Shown here one piece after another: positions 44,201-56,752 of a stretch of 64,000 nucleotides of DNA. Origin of the DNA: Lingula anatina (taxonomy: Eukaryota; Animalia; Brachiopoda). Within the stretch, counting starts at the first letter, position 1. Every line of letters starts with the position of its first letter. The translations under genes and the position numbers were made by a program. The notes below the pieces were generated by a model. That model searched no databases. It worked only from the letters and a program-made list of their open reading frames with translations, and was not told the origin of the DNA. The stretch spans positions 21,828,848 to 21,892,847 of the forward strand of contig CM120643.1 in the NCBI GenBank assembly GCA_051362555.1. The letters run 5' to 3'.

Positions 44201-47200
44201 GGAGCATGATTTATTTATCAGCAGCTTATAATTTATTGCATTGAAAATGTAAAGTATTTATTAATCTTGTAATGGTAATCCCATGCTATCTGCATTACCA
44301 TGTGTGCACAGTATCATGAGAAAGTTACTGGCAAAATAAAGGGAAAAAGAAAGAGGAAGACGAAGGTTAATATTCAAAGAGCCTCAGCTAGTGGATTTGA
44401 GTACTAGTAAACACCAAAGGGTCGATCTTGATGGCCATGGCCACAGAGATTCATTGCAGCCAATGGTCTAAAAGAACAGGCATCAAGTGAGAGAGAGAGA
44501 GAGAGAGGAAGTATAGAAATGCCTGAGTAATGGCACACTATCAAATTGGGATGCTGAATGAATACTTTCTCTTGGTTGTATTCTTTTAAGTTCTGTTAAA
44601 TTACAGTCTGCGGTATAAAATGAGGGATTCACCATGTTTTGCTGGGGTAGCGCTAACACTTGCCAATTTAGCCAAATGCTAAAACTGACTTAAATTGGCT
44701 AAAGAAAAAGGGCTTGATTTGACTTGTTTTAGCCAAATTATAACATTTTGATAACAAATTGACAAAAATGTGGTGATTTGGCTAAGCAAAAAAAATTGCT
44801 AGCACTACCCCAGTTTTGGATATCACTCATTTCACTGAGAAATTCCCAGTGCATAGAGGTACACCCTTAAAGTTGAAAAGTTAACCCCAACTAACACAGA
44901 CTCTCGCATGTTTTCTGGTTTCTTATGCCATCTCAGATGATTCCCATCGGATCAATCAGCCAAGTGAACTAGTACTAGTATCATACTAACAACTTACTGA
45001 TTAAAAAAAAGAAGTACCTGTTACCAGCCTTCATTATGAAACCATACTTTGACCTTTATATTAAAAGAAAACTGTTTAACGAGCTTGCAAGCCAAAGGTA
45101 CAGGACTGAGATTAAGTGTGGAATTTAAGCAGACCAACCACCCAGGTATGACTTGATATTATCTAAAGTAATTTGAGTGAAGCAGGAAGACTGTACTGGT
45201 AAAGATGTTGTGGTTATGTGCTGTTTGCTGTGACCCCACATACATAATGTGGTATTAATAATAATTCCCTTTGTAGAAGACAGGGGTAATAGACCAAGGA
45301 GAGTGTGCAGGCATACTTAATTGCCTTCATTGGAAGGAAAATTTTTTGCATGACCTGCTTCCCCAAACACACAAAATGCTATTTCTCAATGCATTCCCAT
45401 TTGTCTCTGGTCAAATACTTTGAGTGCATGAAAATACTATCTATAATGCAGAGAATCAAATCAGAGTGAATGTCTTTCATTACATATCAGTTAACTCTTA
45501 GTCTGTTTAGAATACATTCAAGTTTAAATGTAGATTAGTACATGTAGTAAAGTGTCCGGATAAATAAATACCCTGAAGTTATGTTGTTTTGCATGAGAAG
45601 TTTACTGAATGGGGCATTGCACATTGGACAACCAATTGGTCCAATCAGAAAAAAAAAATTAAAAAGATCAAAAATGGCATTTTATCTGAAAAAATTATGT
45701 ACAAATTAGTCTTTGAAAATAGAAATACAAGTATACATGTAAGTAAGAAATGAAAAAATAGATGAACATATGAATACATTGCTACTTTTTTTCCTTTTTG
45801 TGATCTATTTAACTGGAAATTTAAAGAGACTTTACATCCATCTTGCCTGTCATTTTGGAAAATTAGCCTGGCTTGGGGCCAAAGTCACAAAGAATTTCAA
45901 GACAAAATTAGATCTTACGTAAGGACACTGTGAAAAGCAGACAGCTAAATCGCATCATTTCACAGAGATAACCTTGGGGCACCTGCCTCAATTTTTTTCA
46001 GTCTTAAAATTAAGCCTCATGACTGACAGCCAAATTCATTGTTTCTGGCAGATATTATTGCATTCTAAGATAACTGTCAAACAAAATGCTGTACATTACA
46101 CGTATGTCAGATACATTTATTGCAGGCCCATCATTTGTGATGTGCACTTAGACTGATATTGAAAGTTGACTTTGTGTAGTCATCTGTCAGAAATAAGCAG
46201 CATTACTCAGCAAAATAAATAAGGTAAGATAAGGCAATTAAATAAAACAAAGAAAAACTTGCCAGCTTTGTTATTGTCGCTTAAATGTTGAAAATTCTGA
46301 CTTCAGGGTGGACAGCGTAATCACACCGATGGAGTCCACAGAAGGCAAACACACGAAGAGAAAAAGTCAACGGAAGAAAGTGACGTTCCTCAACCCAACT
46401 TTGAAGAAAACATTACTGAGGTGAGAAACTTAATAAAATATTTTGCATCAAAAGATTTAAGTTATTGGCATAACATACTAAGGGGTTTCTATTCCTTTTA
46501 TTTAATAGCCAGTGGCATTTAACCGGGATTTCATTCATTTTAAACACTATGGGCTCACTATGGATAGGGTCTGTGTAGACCGATAGCTCCAATGGGAATG
46601 AGCCCTATATCTTGACATGTTATCCAAATAACATTTGGAACATGGTGATGTACTGAATTTCATCACTGCACTCTTGCCTTAAGTTTGTGTGTTTTCATAT
46701 TGCATTTTTTTTTTATTGTTGATAAGGAGCAAATGTTAAAGATGTGATGCATATTAGCTAGTATATTATGGTTGTCAGTCGCTTGGTTCTATTTTAGATT
46801 CTAATTTTTTGTTATTTTTTCAGAAGACTTCCCCTATTATCTGAAATTTAAAAAAAATCATTTTAGTCCACATAAATACTAGATTTTAGATGGATTTGTC
46901 TTCCATACATAATTTATTTTATAAATAATAATTTCAAGAGTAAGAATATTTCTTACTTCCTGGGAGTGCATTGCTATGCAAAAGGCATTGAAAACTACAG
47001 GCATTGGACGCCTTTTGAAAATGGATTTCTCCTGATCTGTGATAAAATACACTAGTCGACTAAAATTCTGAGGAAGAATATCTTAAGATTGGATGTCTGC
47101 TTCATCCTTCTCTTTTACCTTGAATAGCATTGGAGAGTTTACATCTATTGCCAAGAACATTACTAACAGTACTAGAAATTGTACTCAACAATGAGAAGAG

Positions 47201-50200
47201 CTGTTGTTAAATATACTTGTATAATGTTATCCATAATGGAATAACACCTGAAGAAAAGGAAATCAATACTTAAATTTGTGCAGAATGTATGAGTAGGTGC
47301 TTAGAATTGGCAGCCTTAATTTTGATTTGAGCACTAGTAAATGCATTAACTAAAATCAGGACATAAACAGGAATCACACACTGAACTAAATCAAAATTGA
47401 TGAATTCTGTTTCCCAAAGCAATTTTCTTAACTGAAATACTTGAAAAAGATGCTTGGGAAGACCTGAAAACCAGGTTTGGTCCATGCCAGAAAGTTTGCA
47501 TTTCTCATACCCTTAAAAGCATGCGGAAAAGAGAAATATTGTATGTCTGAAGATGGGATTTGTTATCATAGGTCTGACGGTACATAGGCGTGCATAGACT
47601 GCCAGAACAACTTAAAGCTGCTATGTGACTCTCGTGAGAAGTGTTCAACCTTTGAGAAAATCACCTGCACCTGATAAGTTAAGATATATATTGCCGCCCC
47701 AGCCCAAAATTCAGTGATATCATTTTCTTCTCAACACAGCACCTGTATCAGATTGACCTCCATGAACTGAACATTTGCAGTGTAAAGGCTTATTTCCAAT
47801 AAAACTATCATTTCATGTAGATCAATCCAACTTTGCAGGGACTCTCATTAAATGCAATCAGATTAAAAGGTGTGCCCTCTTGTTTCCTACATACTTGTAT
47901 AATCATGTCAAGCTTTTCTGTATTCTACTCATGGTTATACATTAATCTGATCGCATTCTGGGAGAGTCCTCGCAGAGTTGGATCAATCCATGTAGAATGA
48001 CAGTATCACTGTGAATGAGCCCTAAAACATATCTGTGCAGCAGTTGCTTCACATTAGTGCTTCACCTTTTTCAAAATAAGCAGAATTATTGTGCTGTATT
48101 GGTTACAGATGTGTGAAGAAAGGGAAAAAAGTTGGGACAGCTATCAGATTTTCTCTTGAACATTGCAAAATATTGCATTTCACTGGATTGAAAGTCTTTC
48201 TCTCTCTTTTTCTCATTACAAGGGAGAAATGTTGCTAAAATGGGGACATTTTCATTCTTCAAAGATGACAAGTTTTTTCATCTAACATGACATCTTTCCA
48301 TGACAAAAATATCCTGCAAATCTATGATACAGGTTGTCTGAAAATTAATCCATCGATGACTGTCAAGGTTAGCTCCTCATGTGTGTACATGTAAAACATG
48401 CATGACAGTAATATGATACAGTGCAGGTAAAGTGGTACAGTGTGAAAAGTTGACTGCATGCCATGTTGACCTTTTTTGACCCAGTAATATACCATAAATG
48501 ACCGTAAGACCGCCCTGAAATACATGCAGAAAGTGTGGACTTGATGCTAACAAGCATGTGATATTTTGATCTTAGACTAATGCCATGTGTCTTGTTCAGA
48601 TAAGATTGATATGTCAATTACAGGGCCAGTGGTTATCATGAATTTTATATATGAATGTCATTTTCATCAAACTCTTTTAAGGAATAAAGGGACAACAACC
48701 ATTCATATAATATATTCATAATATATATTTCACAATAAATATGTTGCAAAACAACTACTAGTACACTTGTTGCACAGTCTTGTATCATAAACATTGTAAA
48801 GGCCGCTGGCAAGCAATTTCATAGAGGAGGTTTTTTTTTTTCTGAAAAAATGGATCCTTTTTATTTTGATACTACTGTCATAGTATAAAACCTAGATCAA
48901 ATTTTGATTCAGAGTAGGGCTTACACTGACCAGAAGACTGGTTTCCCACCCCCTTCCAATTACATGCTGTCTATGGGACCATTCCCAGACCCTATCATAC
49001 TAACTGTGGATTGATCTATCTCCAAGGGGCCCTGTATTCTCGCTACATTGCAATCATCTGAAGCTTCTTGGATGTCTGGCAAGCCTACTGAAGCTGGTAG
49101 GGGGTAATTAATTATGTTTAACAGCTACAGTAGGTGTGCCAGACATCTAAGCTGCTTAAGCTGAAAGCAATTTAGCGAGAAACCCCTTGGGGATGGACTG
49201 ATCACGTTAGATCGATCTAGGTATGGGGACCCAGTCTTCACCTATTCTATAATATTTCCACTGTTTTTTCTTGACAGGACACCTTGATTGACTGGAACAA
49301 GCCAATACTATGGCAGGTTGGATCCCTGGGTGATAAGTACATGGATTGGGTACACAAGCCAGTGGATAGAAAGATACGTCTCTTCCGCTCCAATTTCTGC
49401 GAGATGTGCGGTAATGCATACTGGTGGACTGTGCCTTCCTTTTGGGTCCCTGTGATATTGCTTTTACTGTACAGCTCATACCAAAATGGCCAGTCAACGG
49501 GTCCAGACTGGCTTGGTAAGTAAAATTTGTCTGTATCCTGTATCAACAGTTTTATCTTGGGAGTTTTGTTTATAATGCTGGAGTAACCCTGATGGGAATT
49601 GAATTGGCATCATGTGCTGCACACAGCACTGTATCATAAACAGCAGAGTTCATGTAGCCCATCTGCTGACTGTGTGATACATATTTTATCAAGTTTTATT
49701 ACTTGGCTTAGAATACAGAATGTATTTATTTTTAGCTTTTGCAGTGTAACAGCGTTTTTCAAACAATTTGCCTAATGTAAAAATAATTGTACCGTATACA
49801 TCAGCATTAAAGCCCTCTTACTGAAAATACTCTGAGTGAAAAGAATTAGAATTTGGATTTGGTGATATGTTTTCAGATGAAAGAAAAGGTGAACAGCCTT
49901 GAAGAGTCTCTTAAAAACCAACTTTCGAATTTATCTGATGCAATTATTAATTATTTAGAACAGTAACAGGGTATTTTTTTACTGGTGGTATCTCTAAAGT
50001 AATGCAGGTAAATAATCGACACAGCTTTTTCAATGCCTGCTCACATTCTATTTTTAGGAATCAGCCCTGTTGTCATGTTACCAGTATATTTTGCATTGGG
50101 CATACTAAGCTGGACATTTATAGAATATGTGGTGCACCGATGGCTGTTCCATTTGACTCCCCCTGCAAACTCCAAATTCCTCATTACGATGCACTTCTTG

Positions 50201-53200
50201 TATCATGGACAACACCACAAGGTAAATTTTAAAACAAGCTTTTGTGAGTTGAAAAAGAAGGCATCTTAAAAGTCTTAAAAAGTGGATGTGTTTGTGTCAG
50301 TGCGATGGAGATAACAGCATAAACAGTGTGATGACTAGAGATTGGTAAATGATAAAATTGTTTGTCATTACCATAATTTGTTGAATACAAGGAAGAAAAG
50401 TATTTCTTTTGCAAGATAATGTTTGATTAGTAATAGATTGGGTACAAATAAGTACATCTGACATGGGAGAATCTTTTGAGGTGCTGAAGGTCTGGAGGAC
50501 CTACACTGCAAGAAATCTGCAGGTCCTCCCAATTCTGTGCTGGTCCTAATGAAGTATTTTATTTTCATCATTCTTTGTTTACATGTAATTTATTATAATG
50601 TATTGTATTTTCACTTAAACACCTTGCCAGTCCAGAGGACATGCGATATCAAAAATTTTGCAGGTCCTCTGGATTTTCAAGTAGTCATGACCTGTTGGAC
50701 AGGCAGTTTTTCCCACGTCTGAAACATCATTACAATTCTTTTGCAGACTAATAAATATTTTATCTCCATATATATGATTATTGAACTTCCCCCCTATATT
50801 TATTGGTAAAATTTGATTTCAGAGCCCATTTGACAAGAAGCGCTTGGTGTTTCCTATTGTCCCAGCTTTGCCTTTAGCACTCACAATCTATTTGGGATAT
50901 TGTGCCATATTTCCAATTCATGTAGCACAGGCCTATATGGCAGGTATGTTTTTATATACACTGCATGTGTGCAGATGCAGACATGATATTCAGAGGTGAA
51001 TGCATGCACTTGGATGCATGCATGCACACATACACACACACACTGATCTTACTTCTTGTGTTCTTTCTAGTGGAAAGACTTGAGATATATTAGGCTTTTT
51101 GTTTTACATACCAAAAGAACTCTAATATACTCTCTGCTAGTAAGTCTTTGTCTCATTTCACACTTACATTTAAAAGTAGATTTTTCATAACCAGTAAAAA
51201 CCCCTTGCAGATTACTGAAAAGAATCTTAAATGAAGCTTACTTTATATTATCTATAGGTACAGGAATACATGTAGTTCTCTTTGTTCATTCAGATATCAC
51301 TGATTACATTTTTGTGCTGCAGTTGCTGTAAAAATTACTTAATGGCACAGTACAGTTGATTTTCAGTTACAATTTGTGAATTAATCCTAAAGAACATTTG
51401 ATGACTTCTTGTATAAAAATACTATCATCAGTTACACTTACTCATCAAAATTCACCTTCTGCCATGAACCCAACACATTTTTACCCGCGAAAAAACTGTT
51501 ATATGATTTTTTTTCAAAATTCATAAAGCAATTAGATGTTCCTTACTCTGTTGAATTTCTAGGGACCATTTCGGGATACATGGGCTATGATCTAACCCAC
51601 TACTACCTACACCATGGCACCCCTAGCTTGCAATACTTCAGAAACCTCAAGAGATACCATGTGAGGCACCATTTTGAGGATATTGCAAAAGGTGATTATT
51701 TAATATTCGATTCAATGACATGTATTTGCTTGTTTACCCATTTAGCAATTTCAGTTTTATTTATGTATTTTTCAATCAGAAAGCAACAACATTATGAAAT
51801 TGATTTCAAAATAGGTGCTTGGATTATTTGCTCAAATGGACATCTGTAAACATACTTTAGGCTGTGTTCAGAATAGAAGTTATCATACTGTAGCAGGAGC
51901 AATCTATCCCAGCGTGGATTCTCACTAAGGGGCAGTCATTGTCTGACATTCCACCTTGTAGTACTTGGATAAACTTTGTGGTCCATGATGCTGTGCGAGG
52001 GTGCATGCAAGACAATTAAGCTAATTACATTGTGCCTTAGTAAGAATCTCCATGGAGGTAGATAGATAGATAGATTCTGCTAGTATGATAAGTTTTGTTC
52101 TGAACACAGCCTTGCAGTTCAGACTTGTGCCTTTTCAGGCCCTTTTCCAGTCAGTGTAAAACTGTAAGTCAACATAACTGTAGTTCGATCTTGGACCCAA
52201 GATACACAGGATAGAAAACATTGTCTAATGTTCACAGAAATCTGTTTTGCTAGCCTTACTTGATTAATTGTACCACCAGCGTTAGCGCTGGCGGTACACA
52301 TGGTTTTAGTCCCGTCCGGTCCGTTCCGCCGGCTCCTGCGGCTCCGCCGCCATGTTACCGTTACCGCTTCTCCTCCTAGGCGGTAAGGGCCCCCATACCC
52401 ATCTCTTGGATTTAGGTCACCTATAATCTCAACTCGTTCCATGTAAAATTTGGGCTTTGTCGGTATTGGGGTCTAGGTGTGGCACTCATTGCAATGCACC
52501 CTTGTCCAAAAATGGCAAAATTAAATGCTAATTATCTACCCTACGGAAGGAATTATGGGAAAAATTTCTACAGACGGCTTTCCAAAAGTCATATGTGTAG
52601 ATTTCAAATATGCCCTTGGATTTGACCTTTGACCTTTATTTCAAGGTCAAACGGGCAAAAATTTTCAAAAAAATGAATTTTTTTACGAAAAAAAATTTAT
52701 TTGCGCTGTTATTCAGACACCACACAGACTTAACCAATAATATTATTGGAAAATGTTACCCTTCAGGTCATCTTTCATCTGTGTGAATTTGGGGTCAATC
52801 GGTGCATTTTCACGGGTGTAGCGGCCATAAGATACCGAAACTGAAAACTGTCTCTAATTCGGGAACCGTTAATGCTAGAGACCCATTCTTTTTTGCATTT
52901 TGTAGAGCATGTAAAGCCCAACACTGGAGGTTGTCTCCGTTTTTTTGTATTCCATACGGTTTTCGAGTTACGTTGTATCAAAAAGTACATATTGGTGGTG
53001 AAAGCAAAATGTGCAGTACGGTAATGGATAATAAATTTTGAACTCTGGAAAAATAAAACATAAGGCTTGGCAAAGCAGACAACTTGTGGTCAAAAATGAC
53101 ATTATTTCATCAAATTTGAACTTCTGGAACTTCAGAGCACCTCCCAATTCAAGAATTTTGACCAAAATGACCTTTTCTTTATTTTAATTAATTTTTTCTG

Positions 53201-56200
53201 TAGGAAATTTATGGCACATTAAGGTAACTCCGAAATTATAACATTTAGTCCCTTATATCTCCAAAACTGGCAGAGATAGGTCCATAGTTACTATTGAAGT
53301 TGAATCGGAAGTCATATACTGGCAATCTAAATGTGACCTTGAAATTGACCTTTGACCTACTTTTCACCATGAACTGAACTTTGGAAATTTTGCTTCCCTT
53401 TTATCTCCAAAACTAGCAGAGATAGGTCCTTAGTTACTATTGAAGTTGAATAGGAAGTCATATACTGGCAATCTAAATGTGACCTTAAAATTGACCTTTG
53501 ACCTACTTTTCACCCTGAACTGAACTCTGCTAATTTCTTTCTCTTTTAACTCCAAACCTGGCAGAGATAGGTCCATAGTTACTATTGAAGTTGAATAGGA
53601 AGTCATGTACTGGCAATCTAAATGTGACCTTGAAATTGACCTTTGACCTACTTTTTATCATGAATTGAACTTTGCAAATTTTGGTTCCCTTTTATCTCCA
53701 AAACTGGCAGAGATAGGTCCATAGTTACTATTGAACTTGAATAGGAAGTTATATACTGGCAATCTTTCTGTGACCTTGAAATTGACCTTTGACCTACTTT
53801 TCATCATGAACTGAACTTTGCAAATTTTGCTTCCCTTTTATCTCCAAAGTTACGCTGTATCAAAAAGTACATTTTGGTGGTTAAAGCAAAATGTGCAGTA
53901 GGGTAATGGATAATAAATTTTGAACTCCGGAAAAATAAAACATAAGGCTTGGCAAAGCAGGCAACTTGTGGTCAAAAATGACATTATTTCATCAAATTTG
54001 AACATCTGGAACTTCAGAGCACCTCCCATTTCAAGAATTTTGACCAAAATGACCTTTTCTTTATTTTAATTAATTTTTTCCGTAGGAAATTTATGGGACA
54101 TTATGGTAACTCCAAAATTATAACATTTAGTCCCTTATATCTCCAAAACTGGCAGAGATAAGTCCATAGTTACTATTGAAGTTGAATAGGAAGTCATGTA
54201 CTGGCAATCTTACTGTGACCTTGAAATTGACCTTTGACCTACTTTTCACCATGAACTGAACTTTGCAAATTTTGCTTCCATTTTATCTCCAAAGTTACGC
54301 TGTATCAAAAAGTACATTTTGGTGGTTAAAGCAAAATGTGCAGTACGGTAATGGATAATAAATTTTGAACTCCCGAAAAATAAAACATAAGGCTTGGCAA
54401 AGCAGGCAACTTGTGGTCAAAAATGACATTATTTCATTAAATTTGAACATCTGGAACTTCAGAGCACCTCCCATTTCAAGAATTTTGACCAAAATGACCT
54501 TTTCTTTATTTTAATTAATTTTTTCTGTAGGAAATTTATGGCACATTATGGTAACTCCAAAATTATAACATTTAGGCTTCGTTCACATGCAATGTCTATT
54601 TTCTAAATTCTATTTTCTATTCGCGGCATGTGTTGTGATCATGGTCTGTGCCCTGAATATCCCGCGGCGTAATTATTGGCAGCGCGAGCCAGTTACTATA
54701 AGTTACTTTAAGTAACTGGCTCGCGCTGCCAGTAATTACGTGGTGGGATATTCAGGGCATAGACTGTGATCATAAGATAGCGTGAATAGAAAATAGATTT
54801 TTAGAAAATAGACATTCCATGTGAACGAAGCCTTAGTCCCTTATATCTCCAAAACTGGCAGAGATAGGTCCATAGTTACTATTGAAGTTGAATAGGAAGT
54901 CATATACTGGCAACCTTACTGTGACCTTGAAATTGACCTTTGACCTACTTTTCACCATGAACTGAACTTTGCAAATTTTGCTTCCCTTTTATCTCCAAAA
55001 CTGGCAGAGATAGGTCCATAGTTACTATTGAAGTTGAATAGGAAGTCATATACCGGCAATCTAAATGTGACTCTAAAATTGACCTTTGACCTACTTTTCA
55101 CCATGAACTGAACTTTGGAAATTTTGCTTCCCTTTTATCTCCAAAGTTACGCTGTATCAAAAAGTACATTTTGGTGGTTAATGCAAAATGTGCAGTACAG
55201 TAATGGATAATAAATTTTGAACTCCGGAATAAGGCTTGGCAAAGCAGACAACTTGTGGTCAAAAATGACATTATTTCATCAAATTAGAACATCTGGAACT
55301 TCAGAGCACCTCCCATTTCAAGAATTTTGACCAAAATGACCTTTTCTTTATTTTAATTAATTTTTTCTGTAGGAAATTTATGGCACATTATGGTAACTCC
55401 AAAATTATAACATTTAGTCCCTTATATCTCCAAAACTGGCAGAGATAGGTCCTTAGTTACTAAACTTGAATGGAAAGTCATATACTGGCAATCTAAATGT
55501 GACTTTGAAATTGACCTTTGATCTACTTTTCACCATGAGTTGAACTTTGCAAATTTTGGTTCCCTTTTATCTCCAAAACTGGCAGAGATAGGTCCATAGT
55601 TACTTTTGAACTTGAATAGGAAGTCATATACTGGCAATCTAAATGTGACCTTGAAATTGACCTTTGACCTACTTTTTATCATGAATTGAACTTTGCAAAT
55701 TTTGGTTCCCTTTTATTTCCAAAACTAGCGAGATAGGTCCATAGTTACTATTGAACTTGAATAGGAAGTCATATACTGGCAATCTAAGTGTGACCTTGAA
55801 ATTGACCTTTGACCTACTTATAATCATGAACTGAACTCTGCTAATTTCTTTCTCTTTTAACCCCAAACCTGGCAGAGATAGGTCCATAGTTACTTTTTAA
55901 GTTAAATAGGAAGTCATATACTGGCAATTTACTGTGACCTTGAAATTGACCTTTGACCTACCTTACGATGAACTTAACTTTGATTGTACCATTTTAAGTT
56001 ATATATATTTTTTGCGTATTTTGAAAATTCTTGTTGATTGCATTTTTATAGCTTGTCAAGCATAAGACTGTGTCCCTTATTTTGTGTATGTGGGGGTCTA
56101 TACGAATGCGCTTGCTCCAGCTGGTGGTACAATATTCGGAGGCGGTATCGCCTCTCTGATCCTCTAGTTGTAATCATGATCATGACCCTTTGGTCATCTG

Positions 56201-56752
56201 CCTTGTGGCATATACGCAAGCGAAGCAATGCCACCATATTGGATTTATTATATACAATGAACATTCCATGTTGGTCAAATGACAATTTTGGAGCCCAGTT
56301 TTTTGTTTTACTAGTATATAAAATTCCAACAAAACTTTATAAGCACCAAAGATAGTATATACAGCATCTCAGAAAGGATCATACTGGTTGGGTCGGTCCA
56401 ACTCTGCTCTTGTTTAATGGATTTGGTTTAGCTGATCATGAATGACGTCACCTCGAGCAGCTAGGGGGTAATAAACTGTCATGAAGGCTCTGCTTAATTA
56501 TTACTGATTGCACTTGGTAAGAATCCCATGAAAGTTGGACCGACCCAACTAGAATGATGTATGTATCTGAATGGGGTCTAAGCTAAGTACAGCCGATCTA
56601 AGCAGGCAGCTTTATACATTAAGACTGCCTAACTATGGGAATCATAATCTAATGACATGACACTCACCTCAGTCACATCTTATTTTATAGGTTTTGGGAT
56701 CAGCAGCAAGCTGTGGGACTACCCCTTTGGCACCCTCATTCAAGACAACTGA
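41286..56752 (+). CDS. FA2H: Fatty acid 2-hydroxylase, 360 aa; exons 41286-41540, 46307-46420, 49278-49515, 50058-50221, 50823-50943, 51563-51691, 56691-56752
   Basis: Cytochrome b5 domain (HPGG), IDWNKPILWQVGSLG, His boxes HRWLFH, HGQHH, HYYLHH and HVRHH, and C-terminal GFGISSKLWDYPFGT. All introns are GT-AG with compatible phases. Exon 2 (linker) is the least certain. Confidence 0.95.
44642..44813. mobile_element. Short TIR element (MITE)
   Basis: CTGGGGTAGCGCTA / TAGCACTACCCCAG ends; TSD not clear. Confidence 0.55.
47786..48023. mobile_element. Palindromic MITE (related pieces at ~27550-27580 and 56365-56580)
   Basis: GATCAATCCAACTTTGCAGGGACTCTC / GAGAGTCCTCGCAGAGTTGGATCAATC inverted arms. 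Confidence 0.65.
51860..52111. mobile_element. PIF/Harbinger-like MITE
   Basis: TIR GGCTGTGTTCAGAA / TTCTGAACACAGCC with extended inverted arms; TTA/TTG flanks. Confidence 0.8.
52967..55980. repeat. Satellite array of ~146-bp monomers interleaved with four copies of a ~290-bp unit
   Basis: GATAGGTCC recurs at 53275, 53421, 53566 and 53712; monomer carries TGACCTTGAAATTGACCTTTGACCT; long unit GTTACG(T/C)TGTATCAAAAAGTAC starts at ~52967, 53849, 54294 and 55146. Confidence 0.95.
54575..54832. mobile_element. Palindromic PIF/Harbinger-like MITE nested in the satellite
   Basis: TIR GGCTTCGTTCACATG / CATGTGAACGAAGCC; TTA TSD; empty site AACATTTAGTCCC in sibling repeat units. Confidence 0.92.

Larger units (their letters stand above)
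52262..56169 (+). mobile_element. Complete Helentron/HINE (DINE-1-like) non-autonomous element carrying a ~3-kb satellite array, in FA2H intron 6
   Basis: 5' hairpin TGTACCACCAGCG-TTAG-CGCTGGCGGTACA (52269-52298); subTIR ATTGTACCACCAGC mirrored by GCTGGTGGTACAAT (~56120-56133); 3' palindrome GAGGCGGTATCGCCTC; CTAGTT end; internal tandem repeats. Confidence 0.85.

Noticed and set aside
52968-54492. Three near-identical 65-aa minus-strand ORFs (MVKILE...) as a peptide gene family
   Set aside because: They are the long satellite unit; TTG starts; the fourth copy (~55146-55330) carries a deletion.
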